Source of the DNA: Chrysomallon squamiferum
Taxonomy: Eukaryota; Animalia; Mollusca
Assembly (NCBI GenBank): GCA_012295275.1
Contig: CM022678.1
Location: forward strand, 11,222,001 to 11,286,000
Length of the DNA: 64,000 nt
Direction: 5' to 3'
Positions 1 through 22,329 of this stretch are shown piece by piece. Positions within the stretch are counted from its first letter, which is position 1, and every line of letters starts with the position of its first letter. Under the pieces are notes generated by a model. That model made no database searches and was not told where the DNA came from. It worked only from the letters and a program-made list of their open reading frames with translations. Both the position numbers and the translations under genes were made by a program.

Positions 1-234
1 TTTGTTTGCCCGTACGTCTGATTGTCATTCCAACCATTCATCCACTTGGTAAAACTTGTACGTATGTCCACGTGTTTGTGCGTGGTAATACACTGAATTT
101 CCAAAGGTCGTTGAAGAAATGCTCTATTTTTCCGTCTGTTTGTCTGTATCTCTCTGTCCTATAGCCTTCTATTTATATATCTATGTATCTACATTTATCT
201 AATTAGCTAACTTTGTCTATCCCGTATCTATCTG

Positions 235-279
<45 letters not shown>

Positions 280-461
280 ATATCTATCTATCTTTCTTTC
301 TTTCCATCTGTCTATCTGTCTGTCTGTCTGTCTATATATCTGTCTACCTGTATATCCATTTCTGTCTGTATGTCTGTCTCTTTACATCATCTATGTATCT
401 AATATCTATCCGCTTCTGTCTATATATCTGTCTATCTCTCTTTATCTGTCTATTTTTCGAT

Positions 462-496
<35 letters not shown>

Positions 497-536
497 ACCT
501 ATGTATCTATAACACAACGAACTAGTAATATATATT

Positions 537-619
<83 letters not shown>

Positions 620-1216
620 GTAATTTCGCTGACTATGAAAATACAAGTTCACGGCTCAGTAAAGACAAGGTTCAAGGTTAAATCACTTACACCACAGTTA
701 GAAACTGAGTTCAGTGAAGCGTGCAGATTATAATACACAGAGAGGCTTTTTCAGTGAATTAATATGTTTAAATATTTTACACTAATTTCTCGTGAATCGT
801 TTCAACAAATACGATTTGTTTACCGTAAAACCTCAAAAAGTGCGACAGCACGATAATATATTAACTTTCAGTTACGGTAAAATAATAAATAAGTAAATAA
901 ATAAATAAATACAAATATATATATATATATACAAGCCATAACAATCATAAGCATACACACACGTAGATGCACACACGCACACATACAAACACATACACAC
1001 AAATAAATACACGCATACAAACACATAGACACATACTCATGACTTCCTTAAAACATTTGAATATGTTTCTCTTTAAATATTTAAGAAAAGAAATTACAAA
1101 CCGCTAAAAGTTTTGCAAGTTTTCAAACTAAATACTAAAAGGAAGATAAGAAAAATGAACAATAGAAACAAAAACAACAAAACAACCCTCCCAAGAAGAA
1201 ACAAAATAATAATAAC

Positions 1217-1279
<63 letters not shown>

Positions 1280-2119
1280 AAGAAGAAGAATATATATATA
1301 TATATATATATAAAGGTTATCAAAATATTTTTTCTTTCATGGTCTTAATTTTCTTTACTGAATTTTAAAAATAAAGAAAAAAAGAAATAATGATAACGAC
1401 TACAGCACCTAACAAAACCGCGACCATCGACAACAACAACATCATTAACAACAACAACAACAGCAATACTGCTACTACTACTACTACTAATAATAATATC
1501 ATAAGAAGAAGAACAAACAAAAGAAATAAATAAATAATTAGAATAAATAAATATTTTCATATTTCTCAATTTTGTCTTTCCAAAAAATTATTTGGCGGCG
1601 AACTAACATCAATTCAGTGGTGAGACTGGTGTGTCAGTATGCGTGCATGCGTGCGTGCGTGTGCGTGTGCGTATGTAAGGGATAGGAATTTAGAAAAATA
1701 ATAAAATGTATAACTAATACAAATACTAAACTTTGATTGAAAGTTTTCGGGCGACACAACAGTTCATTTTCGTTACAGTTTATGAGCTTATCGAAAAATC
1801 GTCGTCACTATTTAAATGTTTTTTTTTTTTTTTTTTTTTTTTTGTTTACAGTTGGACAGTCCTATTCAGCAACTTCCCAGTCATTTTGTGTATCGACCTC
1901 TGTTTGACCCTAGCATTTTGGAAACCGAAAATTGCTTTACAATTGTCCATAGAAAAAATATATAAGTAAAAAAAAAAGAAAAAAAAAAAAAGAAAATTGC
2001 TTAGATTTCAATATAAATATGTTGTTATGTACGTCCCAGCTGACCTTGGTAACCACGTTCTAAGCTGGTAAGACGAAAATCTGCCGTCCATAACCAAGTT
2101 TCTTCTTTGTCTTCTTTGC

Positions 2120-2131
2120 TATAAGTATAAA
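2120..2131 (+). promoter_or_regulatory. TATA-like element of the 2222 gene
   Basis: TATAAGTATAAA about 95 nt upstream of the ATG. Confidence 0.5.
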
Positions 2132-2221
2132 CTTATTTTCCTACGGCGACATAGAGATAGTGACTTCGGTAGTGAATCTCAAACACGCTAAACTCAGAGA
2201 AAGAGCAGAAATTTAGGCATC

Positions 2222-9543
<7,322 letters not shown>

Positions 9544-10045
9544 TCATCCAATGACATTCAGTTTTACAAAAATAGTAAACCAATCAGAAACAGTTTTACA
9601 AAACAGTAAACCAATCAGAAATGTTTTGCAAAATAATAACTCAATCACCGTTATTTATTTATTTTATTTATTTTTAATTTGGCGTATTTGATCTTTTTTT
9701 TTTTTTTTTTTTTTTTTAGATAAATCTGTTTTTGTTTTAAAATTAATTTAAAACTTTATTTGAAATTTAAATTATAATGACTCCAGTAAATTTAATTTTG
9801 AACATTTTAGATCTCAGTTGAATATTGTTTTAGATTTCTTAAAGTATATATTCTTTGTTTAGTATTTATATGTTTGTTTTGCGTTGTATTAACATTTAGT
9901 ATTGTTTTGTTTGTGTTATTTTTGTAGAATAATATAATCAGTTGCAAATAAATGAAAAATTAACACTGAAATTTGATTGTTATTAATCTCATCATCATCA
10001 TCATCAGGAACTTCTTCTTATTATTATTCTTCTTTTTCTTTCTAC

Positions 10046-10100
<55 letters not shown>

Positions 10101-10457
10101 GTTACACCGAAAGATCTGTGAACATTATAATATCTACTTAATTCCCGACCATTTTTTTTTTTTAAATTTATTCATTTATTTATTTATCTTAATAACATCG
10201 TAATTTTTTGAACACTTCTACTAAAAACGCGTTTAATATTCTTTAGAGTTGTTTCCCTTCGATCAATGGTTTCTTTCTTGTACAGGTCTGCGGTGTTTAA
10301 AACAAGTAATTATTGTTAGTAAAACGAATCTGTGTATGAACCTAACCTGTTCAAATATTCCCTCTTTCCTGCTCTTAAAAAAAATAAAAAAAAAAAATAA
10401 AAAAAAAAATAATTTATTAATTAATAAAAAAATATATTTCAATTAAAAAGCATAAAA

Positions 10458-10504
<47 letters not shown>

Positions 10505-10765
10505 ATTAGACAAATAAATAATAAAAATAATTAATTAATTAATTAATTAATAAAAAATTATATTAAATTTAAAATTTAAATAAATAATAAAAAATAGATT
10601 AGTTAAATAATTAAAAAAAAAAAAAAAATAAATACAAAAGAACATAAATAAAATTAAATAAATAAATAAATTGAAAAAAATTAAGGTTAATTATGCGAGA
10701 TGTTTTAATTTAAAAATTTTGCAATGTGAAAACAATCAAAAGTAACAGCCACCTGACAACTCAAC

Positions 10766-10825
<60 letters not shown>

Positions 10826-10828
10826 TAC

Positions 10829-10946
<118 letters not shown>

Positions 10947-11266
10947 TAGTACTTGAAATAAACACTGAAAGTTCACTAGTCGTTTATGTAATCATAAGAA
11001 AACTATTAGCAGAGTACTTTGAACAACAGCAGCAGCAACAACGGCAACAACAACAACAACAACAACAACAGAAAGACAAGAACATCGATACAACAGCAAC
11101 AACATGACAAACAATAAATAATGTTATTCATAAACAACAAACGATCAAGATTGAGTTCTAAAATTTTATTTAAAAAACAAAATATAAGTTTTTGTACAGA
11201 AATATTGCACTAACTCCAGATAAATAAAGTCTACGTAAGATTGGGAATCATGATTATTTTCACTAA

Positions 11267-11302
<36 letters not shown>

Positions 11303-11395
11303 CTATCTCAGAAGTGTTCAGACAGTGTGTAGAACATTTTCTGTTGAAGATTCCTGTCATCTCTCTGTGAAAATGACTCTAAGAAGGATGCGAAT

Positions 11396-13280
11396 TTAAT
11401 TTCGTCGGTGAAATCTTCCCATTCCTCCTTTCCTGAACATGCCAGATCCTGAAAGAAAGGAAAAAAAAAAGATTAAACTTAAAACATTTATTTTTAAAAT
11501 CTATCTCTTTACACTAACAACAGTTTGGCACACGTTTATTAAATTTAAAGAAAACAAAACAACTTTGTTGTGTTGTGATGTACAATTATGTTGCTGCAGT
11601 AATTCTATAAACTTGCAAATGTATGAGATTAAAAGAGCAGTTGGACAAAACACACACACACACACTGCACTCACACACACACACACACACACACACTGCA
11701 CTTACAAACCGTCACCTGATAACGTTACATTACTTCAACACACAGACTGTCAGTAATAACTTACCTGTTCTCCACACACAGCCACACACACACAGACACA
11801 CACTATTTCAACACACAGATAATCAATAATGATAACTTACCTCTTCCGTGCATAGACCCTTTACGATTCTCATCTTTTTCCTTCTTGTCATCCATCTTTC
11901 CTTTATGCTGGTCCTTCTTATCCTTATCCTGGTCCTTCTTTCCTTTATGCTGGTCCTTCTTATCCTTATCCTGGTCCTTCTTTCCCTTACGCTGGTCCAT
12001 CTTATCCTTATCCTGGTCCATCTTATCCTTATCCTGGTCCTTCTGCTGTTTCTGTTTGTTTTCCATTTGTTCTCTCTTTTCCTGCATCTCTTTCATCTTT
12101 TTCTCCTGCATCTCCTTCATTTTTTCCTGGACGTCTTCTGGCAGATCTTTCATCATCTTTTGCACTTTCTCCTTCATCTCCTCCATTTTCTCCTTCATGT
12201 CTTCTGGATCGGTTTTTTTCTCTTTCATCTCTTTCATCTTCTTCTGCATCTCTTTGATTTTTTCCTGGACGTCTTCAGGCAGGTTCTTCATTTTCTCTTG
12301 CATTTCTTTCATCTTGTCCATCATAGCCTGGTTCTGACCTTGACCCTGACCCTGGTTCTGACCTTGGCCCTGCCCAGCACCCTGTCCTTGCTAGAATAAT
12401 AAATAAATAAATAAATAAATAAATGAAATAACATAAACAGAAAGAACAGAAGGACTTGGACAAAGGTTAAAAAGGATCAGATTACAGGACAGAAGACTGA
12501 GCAGAAATGTAACAGAAAATAATATTTACTTACTACTACTACTACTACTGAAACCTTTACTCCTACGACTACTGAAACCTCTTCTACTACGACTACTACA
12601 ACAACTAATCCTTCCGTTACTGTTTAAGCAACAAGTATAGAACTAATATAAACTACTGAAAAGATAGACCTCTCCTACAACAGCTATAATTACTACTAGT
12701 ATTACTACTAGACTACTAACACCATTTTGCTACTACTACCATTAATACCAGTATTACTACTACTACAAATACTACAAATACTACAGCGACCTCTATTATT
12801 ACTACTGCTACTACTACTACTTTTACTTACATTCTTATTACAACAACTATAACTACTACTACTGCTACTACTACCACTATAGTATTACTCCGACCATTAT
12901 TCTACTGTTTTACTACTTTTAACACTACCATACCTACTACTACTGTTATCAGTACTACTAGTATAACTACTGTTACACTACCAGGACACTACTACGACAA
13001 CTACAGTTACTACTAATACTACTACTACAGCAACTACTACTACAACTACAACTAGTACAATAACGACTACTACTACTAGTATTTACTTCTACTACTACGA
13101 CCAGTACCAAGATTACTACTAGCAGTGTTACTACTACTACAACTACTCATACAACTAGTACAACAACAACAACTACTACTACTACTATTACTACTACATA
13201 AATAAATAAGTAAAACTTACCTGACTGCTAAGCCCAATGAAGGCTGCTAAAACAACAGCGATTAAAATCTTAGAATTCAT
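11396..13280 (-). CDS. Secreted Met/Lys/Glu/Gln-rich coiled-coil-like repeat protein, 220 aa, 3 exons
   Basis: Exons 13280-13221 (MNSKILIAVVLAAFIGLSSQ|GTAAGT), 12390-11841 (QGQGAGQGQGQNQ...MMDKMKEMQEKMKNLPEDVQEK...GSMHGR G|GTAAGT), 11448-11396 (GSGMFRKGGMGRFHRRN*). Phases 0 and 1, total 663 nt. TATA near 13368-13374. Confidence 0.9.
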
Positions 13281-13741
13281 GTTTTCCACCGGAATATTCT
13301 CACAGGCTTTTCTGCAGTGTTTAGCTTTGAGTTTATCGTATGACACCAGACTTGATCAGCTTCGCATATTATATAGGCCCAGAGTCTTCGGCATTTTGGA
13401 AACGCATGACTTATTTTCAAAAGATGTTTTCTTTTTTTTTTTTTTTGGTTGTGAAGTCGTGACTAGCATGTTTTTAAGTTTAAGAAAAGAAAAGAAAAGA
13501 AGGTAACAATTAGGTCGAATGAATTAAAATCTCGTGACTTGAGAAAATAATACTGCGCAAGTGAAGTGTTGACGTAAACAGCTAAATTTGTCTACGTCAT
13601 TTTTCGTGAGAAATCTTATTTCGAGAAGTTTCCACAGCTTTCGTTTTTTTTTCGCGTTCTAAGAAAGTTTCTTTATTTTGTGTAAAACAAAAACCCCCAA
13701 AACAAACTGTTATTTAATCATATCTATATCTAAATATAATC

Positions 13742-13786
<45 letters not shown>

Positions 13787-14799
13787 CAAAACAAACAGAA
13801 AATAAATAAATTGTTTAATTAATATTAATAATAATATTAATTAATTAATTAATTAATTTATTTATTTATTTATTTCTGTTATTTGTTTGTTTTGTTCAAA
13901 AATTAAAATAAGCAAGAAGTATTAAGGAAATAAAACAAAAATCACAAAGAAATAAAAAGAAATAATAAACAAACAAACCTAACAAACAAATAAAAATCGA
14001 AACAAATAAATAAACAAACAAACAAACAGGTAAATAAGTAAACAAATAAAAAAATAAATAAAAAAATAAGCAAATAAGCAAATAAAAAAAATATATATAT
14101 AAATAAATAAACATATAAATAAATAAACAAATAAACAAATAAATAAATAAATATCTCGTTCTACCAGAGCACGCAAGGACTATACACAAATTAAATTATA
14201 AATAAAAGATTTGTTTTTTCTAATTTTTAACGAAAAATAAAAATACTTTTCTGTTTGATTTCACTATTATCATATTGCATTAATATGAGATCAAAATGTT
14301 CACATCCTTAAAAAAAAAAAAAAAAAAAAAAAATTAATATTAAGGTTTATTAATTTTATTTCATTTCGTATTATTTTGTTTTGTTTGTGTTTGTTGGTTT
14401 TTTTAAATTTTATTTAGTAGTTTTTTTATTTATTTATTTATTTATATGTATTTAACGATTTATGTAAAATTTACACATCAAGTTGTTGTTTTCATCTTAA
14501 ATTACACAGAAAGGTTGTCACGTACAAATCTTGCAGTTCAGAAAATGTAGGTCAGTGACCTACTTGAACTCGCGTCTTGTCACGTGACACACCTCAAACT
14601 TGAGATCTGAAAATATAAAAGGTATAATATGTTCGTGTATGCTCTAATTTCATGAGTTCAAAAATAGCCTGAAAACAGCACCACGCAGTCAATGTATTCA
14701 CCTACAATGTGGCCAATTACTTGAGGAGAAAAACACTGTCACGTGACCGTTATGTGTCAGAACGAGGTGACGCATATTTCTATTTGTGTGTAATTGTGT

Positions 14800-14839
<40 letters not shown>

Positions 14840-15318
14840 GAACGAAAGATGGACAAAGTTAAAGAAAAAAGTATGAGATAGAGAAATAATGAGACAGACA
14901 GAAGGAAAGAAAGATAGGGAGCGGATGGAGAGACTAAAACACAGACACACACACATATATATATACACACAACACACACAACACACACACAGACACACAC
15001 AAATATATAAATATACAGACACAAACACACACATATATATACACACATACATATATATACACAGACACATACACATATATACACAGACACACAGACACAC
15101 ACACATATATATACACAAACACACAGACACACACACAGACACACACACATACACACAGACACAGACATACACACATGCACACACATATACACACACACAT
15201 ACACACACATACATACACACACATACACACACATATACACACAGACACACACACATACACACACAGACACAAAGACACACACATACACAAACACAGACAC
15301 ACACAGACAGACACACAA

Positions 15319-15349
<31 letters not shown>

Positions 15350-15389
15350 CAGATAAAAATAAAAAAGTTAGAAATACTTCTTTTGCATT

Positions 15390-15955
15390 TTCTTTCTCTC
15401 TGTCCGTCCTGTCTCATTCTCTCTCGTGTTTGTCCTTCTTTCTCTCTGCCCGTCCTGTCTGATTCTCTCTCGTGTTTGTCCTTCTTTCTCTCTGCCCGTC
15501 CTGTCTGATTCTCTCTCGTGTTTGTCCTTCTTTCTCTCTGCCCGTCCTGTCTGATTCTCTCTCGTGTTTGTCCTTCTTTCTCTCTGTCCGTCCTGTCGGA
15601 TTCTCTCTCGTGTTTGTCCTTCTTTCTCTCTGTCCGTCCTGTCTCATTCTCTCTCGTGTTTGTCCTTCTTTCTCTCTGTCCGTCCTGTCTCATTCTCTCT
15701 CGTGTTTGTCCTTCTTTCTCTCTGCCCGTCCTGTCGGATTCTCTCTCGTGTTTGTCCTTCTTTCTCTCTGTCCGTCCTGTCTCATTCTCTCTCGTGTTTG
15801 TCCTTCTTTCTCTCTGCCCGTCCTGTCTGATTCTCTCTCGTGTTTGTCCTTCTTTCTCTCTGTCCGTCCTGTCGGATTCTCTCTCGTGTTTGTCCTTCTT
15901 TCTCTCTGTCCGTCCTGTCTCATTCTCTCTCGTGTTTGTCCTTCTTTCTCTCTGT
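15390..15955. repeat. 46-bp pyrimidine-rich minisatellite (~12 copies)
   Basis: Unit TCGTGTTTGTCCTTCTTTCTCTCTGTCCGTCCTGTCTCATTCTCTC. Track ORF starts recur every 46 nt (15472, 15518, 15564). Confidence 0.95.
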
Positions 15956-16298
15956 CTTTCGTGTGGCCGCTCTCTTGTCTCTTATTATCATTATTATTAT
16001 TATTGCCATTATATTTATCATTATCATTGTTGTTGTTGTTGTTGTTCTTCTTCTTCTTCTTATTATTATTTACAAGCTTAAAAGCTGTACTACTTCGTCG
16101 TATGTAACTAAGAACTTAGAATAATAATAATAATAAATATAATAATAATAATAATAAATATAATAATAATAATATTAATAATAATAATAATAATATTAAT
16201 AATAATAATAATAATAAATATAATAATAATAATAATAAATATAATAATAATAATATTAATAATAATAATAATAATATTAATAATAATAATAATAATAA

Positions 16299-16344
<46 letters not shown>

Positions 16345-16460
16345 CAATAAACGTTACAAAATATAAAAACTAGACTTTTGTCATAAATGTTTCCGAACAC
16401 AAACACACGAATACATTTTATTTATATAGTTTTACTAGTTGAACAAATATACTTAAAAGA

Positions 16461-16750
16461 TTAATCCTCCGGCAACCTGAAGTAGACACACACACAATAA
16501 ACTTTCTCTGTGATACTGTCTGAATAACAACAACAACAACAACAACAGTAATACAAACAAATAACAACAACAACAATAATAGTAACCATAATAATTTCAG
16601 CAACAAAAATTATAATAAAAATAACAAAAAAAATAATAATTTTAGTATAATAACAGTAATACAGTAATAATAATAGCAACAAGAACACAAATAATAATAT
16701 AAAAATATAATAATAATAGTAACAACAACAACAACAACAGCAGCAGCAAC

Positions 16751-16808
<58 letters not shown>

Positions 16809-17232
16809 TTTCAAGAGCGAAAAAGTAGCGATAAAACGTATACAGAGCCAAGTTTAGCAGCTATAGTTAAGCTCCGCCCACTTAGGCTTCGTTCACCTAG
16901 GCTCTGCCACTTAGGCCCCGCCCACTATGCGACCGCGCAGACGTGTTAACCTTATTTGACCTGTAGGAGTATTTTTCTTTTTTAATTTGGGTTTCCTGTC
17001 CCACAGTAGCGAAGCATTCTTCACTGTCTGCCGTCAACACACACTCGCGCGTTCAGTGTGATAATTAAATGATTATTTGTCAATTTTGCGTTAATTTAAT
17101 ATAAAACTAAATATTAAAAATTAAACGAGAGATTATTTGTAGGAATCGTGCGATACCAGTATACCACGTGACCAATAGCAAAACAACAGCAAAACAACAG
17201 AAGTAGTAGTGATAGTGGTAATAGTAGTAGTA

Positions 17233-17270
<38 letters not shown>

Positions 17271-17319
17271 AACAATAACAGCAACAAAAACAATAATAAT
17301 AGTAGTAGTAGTAGTAGTA

Positions 17320-17354
<35 letters not shown>

Positions 17355-17658
17355 AACAATAACAGCAACAAAAACAATAATAATAGTAGTAGTAATAATA
17401 ATAATACTATTACTGCTATTACTAACACTAATAAATTGTACGTGAATATGTTTGTGTGTATGTCAGTGTGTATGTGTGTTTTTATGTTTGTATGTGTGTG
17501 TACGTGTCTGTATATATGTGTGCTTGTGTTTGTATGTGTGTAATGTGTTTGCGTGTGTATATGTGATGTGTGTTTGTGTGTTTATATGTGAGTGTATGTG
17601 TGTGTTTGTAGAGTTATTATTTAAGATGTAGTCTACCCTGATACATGATTACAGAAAA

Positions 17659-17727
<69 letters not shown>

Positions 17728-18465
17728 CTGTATGTGTATATATGTGTAGTTATTGTTTAAGGTAAAGATGAAGTGTACACTGATACATGATTTCATTAAA
17801 GGGGGTCGGGTACTGGGGTGTGTCTGGTAGAATTGATACAGTTAGAAAACTAAGTCGAAAGTGAATATTTGAACTCAATGTCAGATGATGACGATGATGA
17901 TGATGATGATGATAAACGAATCTACAAAGAAGAAAAACAAACATGGCTGCTAAGTGAAATTTATTGAAGAAGATAACGTCGTACATTAACACTGTCATGT
18001 TTTAACAGTTCACAGCAGTTCAAAGATGAGAGAAATTTAACTCGTTTGAGATATTGTGTGGTCATTTATCTTTAGTTGCGGAAAGGATATGAAACTATGG
18101 ACCACAACATATTACCAAAAACCCAAACTCCAAACGTTTGTCTGCGGTGCTATCTCTTCTTCCGGAGTTTGTTCGTAACCTTTCGCCTGGTCGTTCGGGA
18201 AAGTTCGGCAGTGCGCGCTGTATGGCGTGTTGTCCTTCCACGTGCCAGATCGTTGCTGTTCGTCTGACGATGAATACGACCACCCCGTTCCGTCTCTCCC
18301 GGACGCCATCGTTGCTGATTTGAAATATCTTCTTTCTGGCCCAGTGATTGATGCTGCGGCCGAACCTTTCCCGCTTGTGGACACCGTCACAGTTCCATCC
18401 GGGTTACACGAAGCTGTCGCCGAACTCTCATTTGGCGGGGAGGGGTAAGCGAGAATATTTCCCAT
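16461..18465 (-). CDS. Small putatively myristoylated protein A (121 aa) with one ~50-aa module plus extension
   Basis: 5'UTR exon donor at 19075, acceptor at 18471-18472. CDS 18465-18116 MGNILAYPSPPNESSATASCNPDGTVTVSTSGKGSAAASIT...SLGF, then TG|GTAAT phase 2 to TTCAG|G TTG CCG GAG GAT TAA (16476-16461) followed by AATAAA near 16420. If unspliced it stops at 18112. Confidence 0.7.
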
Positions 18466-19429
18466 TTTCACTGAGGAAATAAATAAATAAATAAATAAAT
18501 TAATTAATTAATTAAAATATATATATCACAACATAATTAATTAAATATATAAATAAATAAAATAAAATAATGAAAATATAAAAATAAAATAAATAAATAT
18601 AAAAATAAATAGATAAATAAATAAATAAATAAATAAATATTACAGTTAACAGAACCGCAAGGAAAAGTACACATCTAGTAAGACATGACCATAACAGAAA
18701 TGAGGGCGTGGTCGAAGGGCAGTCGGGGGGTGGAGGATATGGCGTGTTCTCTACGATTTCTGTATTTACATTCTGTATTCAGAGACGTTTGTTTCGAAAA
18801 TAAACTTGTTTCTTTTCTACAATCATAAACGATTTTCATAAACGACTTATAATAAGACATCTAAACAAAAACACGATACGTCTTTACAGAATAGTTTGAC
18901 ACTGAAGTCTTGTACCAAATACCAGTAGTTCTAGAAAGCCGATGTAAATTTTAACCCCCCCCCCAAAAAAAATATCCTTCCATTTCGTATACACGTAAAC
19001 ATGCACAAACACACGGACATGTATGCTCACAATAACCAGTACACAAGCAGACAAATAAATAAACAAAATCTTACCTGAATGATAAATGTATCTGTTACGT
19101 CTGATTTGAAGAAATGTCTGCGTTAAAACGTTACTGCGCCAGCATAAGATTATATTTTTACCACCAACGTCATTCTTTCCTGGGAAACTGGGAAAAACCC
19201 AGTTTCCCAGAATATCGCGATAAATCTTAATTCGAGGTAAAGTACGCGAAAACGAGGCTCACTTTTCTGAAAGCGTTAACATTATTCTCTGGGAAATTGA
19301 TTTGTCCCCGAGAAATTGGGGTCGTTCGCCAAGTTTTTATTTGTTTTAATTCAGTGTTTCTCCAGGATTCGTCAGATGACTAACTGTCAGAACTATATTT
19401 ATATATTTCTGTGTTGAGTAACTGATTCC

Positions 19430-19804
<375 letters not shown>

Positions 19805-20179
19805 CACCAGAATTCGTTTTCAACTCGTAAATAACTCCAGACAATGACCTTGTTAGTTTTATTACATTTATTATTATTGCTGTTTTCCTTTCCTGTTCCT
19901 GCTTTAACTGATTACAGTTGTAACTTTAAACAGAGATGTTGTTTTTTCTATCCAAATTTGTGGAAATAAATCACATTTAAAAAACCCAACAACTTTAATC
20001 CTGTTTTTTTCTTTTCATTATGTTAGTGATCGCCGGATGTGAAAATGTGTTTTGTCAAACATCTACGAAATATGAATGACAGACATCCTGTTTAGTCGAT
20101 AGTGTGCGTGTGTGTGTGTTTGTGTATCTGTGTGTGATTGTATATTAGTATTTATATATTTAAAATATCATCATCATTG

Positions 20180-20210
<31 letters not shown>

Positions 20211-20916
20211 TATTATTATAATTTATTATATTTATTTATTTATTTTAACGAAAATCTTGGAGAATTAAAAATACACAGGACAAAGAAAAATAAAGAAAAA
20301 AGACAATATGAAAGACATTTTATTTCAGAAATTTGGAAATGTTTATTATTTTTTATTCACTGGATATGTACCGATTAAAATTTCACGTAGGAAGAGAATC
20401 AATTCTTCTGAAAAGAGAAAAAAAATAAAATAAATAAAAAAATTATGGTATTGATTAGCTGAATTTTAATTGTAATTGTCTTTTGTTAATTTGTTTCTTG
20501 AAATGTAATACATCAAGAAAATTATAATGGTAAAGTATGTGTCTTCTTCGTGTGTGTGTGTGTGCTGTTTTAATGTTAAATATATATTTAAAAAAGTAAG
20601 TAAAAGTAAATGAAATAAAAAAAAACACATAAAATTAATAAGTAAATAAATAAATAAATAAATAATATGAAAAGACATAAAATAAAATAAATAAATAAAT
20701 TGAAATGAAATGAAATAAAATAAAATAAAATAATATGAAATAAATAAATAAATAAATAAAAAATAAACAAAATAAAATAAAATAAAATAAAATAAAATAA
20801 AATAAAATAAATAAATAAATAAATAAACAAAATAAAATAAAATAAAATAAAATAAAATAAGTAAGTAAATAAATAAATAAATAATTAAATAAATAAATAA
20901 AAAGAATATTATATAC

Positions 20917-21707
20917 CTATGATTTAAGAGCAATCGAGGATATTTCTCCGTCTTTGTCTTCGTATTTTCCTTCTGCTGAAGCCTTGCCATATTTGTTGCG
21001 AACTTTACCCTCAGGACGACCTTTTTGAAACGATACATTGACTTCTGCGATCGATTTTTCATCCGGTGCTGGAAAACAAAAACTGAATTTAACTAAACAT
21101 TAGAGAGTAATGAACTGGTTTGACAGGTAGAAGGTACAGTGGTTAGAGTGGTTACACACAGATTTGTTTTACACAGAAAGTTTAACTGAGAAGAGGAAGC
21201 AATTAATAAAGAAACAAAGAAGAAATATCAGCAAATGAAGGAATATAAGAAAGAAAGAAAATAATAAATAAATAATAAAGATATGAATAACTAACTAACT
21301 AACTAAGTAAATAATTCGGTAAATAAATAAATAAGTAAAATTAAATTAAATAAATAAAATAAAATAAAATAAAATAAAATAAAATAAAATAAAATAAAAT
21401 GAAATGAAATAAAGTAATATAAAATAAAATAAAATAAGTAAGTAAGTAAATAAATAAAAGAAAAAAAAATATATAAATGAATAAATAAATAAATGAATGA
21501 ATGAATGAATGAATAAATGAATAAATAAATAAATAAATAAAATGAATCTGTACCGTCTGCTTCAGCCGTAAGTGTACGCTTTTCTCCACGTTTTGTCGTG
21601 CTCGTCTGGGTTACTGAAGCTTTACATTTCCCTGAAGCTTTACAGTAAACTTTATCTCCGTACAAACTAGCCTCTGCGCACCCTTCGTCGGAAAACCAAT
21701 TTCCCAT
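20917..21707 (-). CDS. Small putatively myristoylated protein B (101 aa), two exon-encoded modules
   Basis: Exons 21707-21554 MGNWFSDEGCAEASLYGDKVYCKASGKCKASVTQTSTTKRGEKRTLTAEAD and 21068-20917 APDEKSIAEVNVSFQKGRPEGKVRNKYGKASAEGKYEDKDGEISSIALKS*. Phase-1 GT-AG intron, 5'UTR donor at 22330, 3'UTR acceptor near 20408. Confidence 0.8.
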
Positions 21708-22329
21708 TTTGCTCTGTGCTGCAAAAAATAATAATAATAAAAAAATAAAAAAAGTACTTAATTTAACAAATAGGAAAACAATAGATTAGATTCGATTTGT
21801 GCATGTCTGTTTGTCTGTATCTGTGTGTGTATGTTGTTGTTACTGTTGTTCTTCTTATTGTAGTTGCTGTTGTTGTTTTAGGTGTTGTTATCGTCGTTGC
21901 TGTGGTAATATACAAAAATAGATCTGACGTCAGAAAATTTCCAGTTCTCGGAGATTTGTGAAATCACGTGGTGACTAATTTCAGGTGACGAGGAAAATGA
22001 AACCGAGGTTGTGAAACTTTGAGAGACAGGTACAGTGGTTACACACAGATTTGTTTTACACAGAAAGTTAAACTGAGAAGAGGAAGGAAATAATAAAGAA
22101 ACAAAGAAGAAATATCAGTAAGTGAAGAAGTATAAGAAAGAAAGAAAGAAAGAAAGAAAGTATAAAGAAAGAAAGCAAATAAATAAAGAATTCAATAAAT
22201 TAAAAACAAAATGTGTTAGTTAAAACGATATTTATTCATTATGAGAATTTAAAAGTAAAGTTAATTTGAAACGACTTAATAGAAATTTACAAATAAGAAA
22301 CGTGTGTTTAATTACACTGACGTACTTAC

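Noticed and set aside
213-1969. ORFs rich in YLSI, poly-I/R/F
   Set aside because: Translations of (TATC)n, (AAT)n and (AAG)n microsatellites, with no splice or codon evidence
15390-15955. Regular repeat that might be taken for a CRISPR array
   Set aside because: Head-to-tail units with no unique spacers, no cas genes, eukaryotic context
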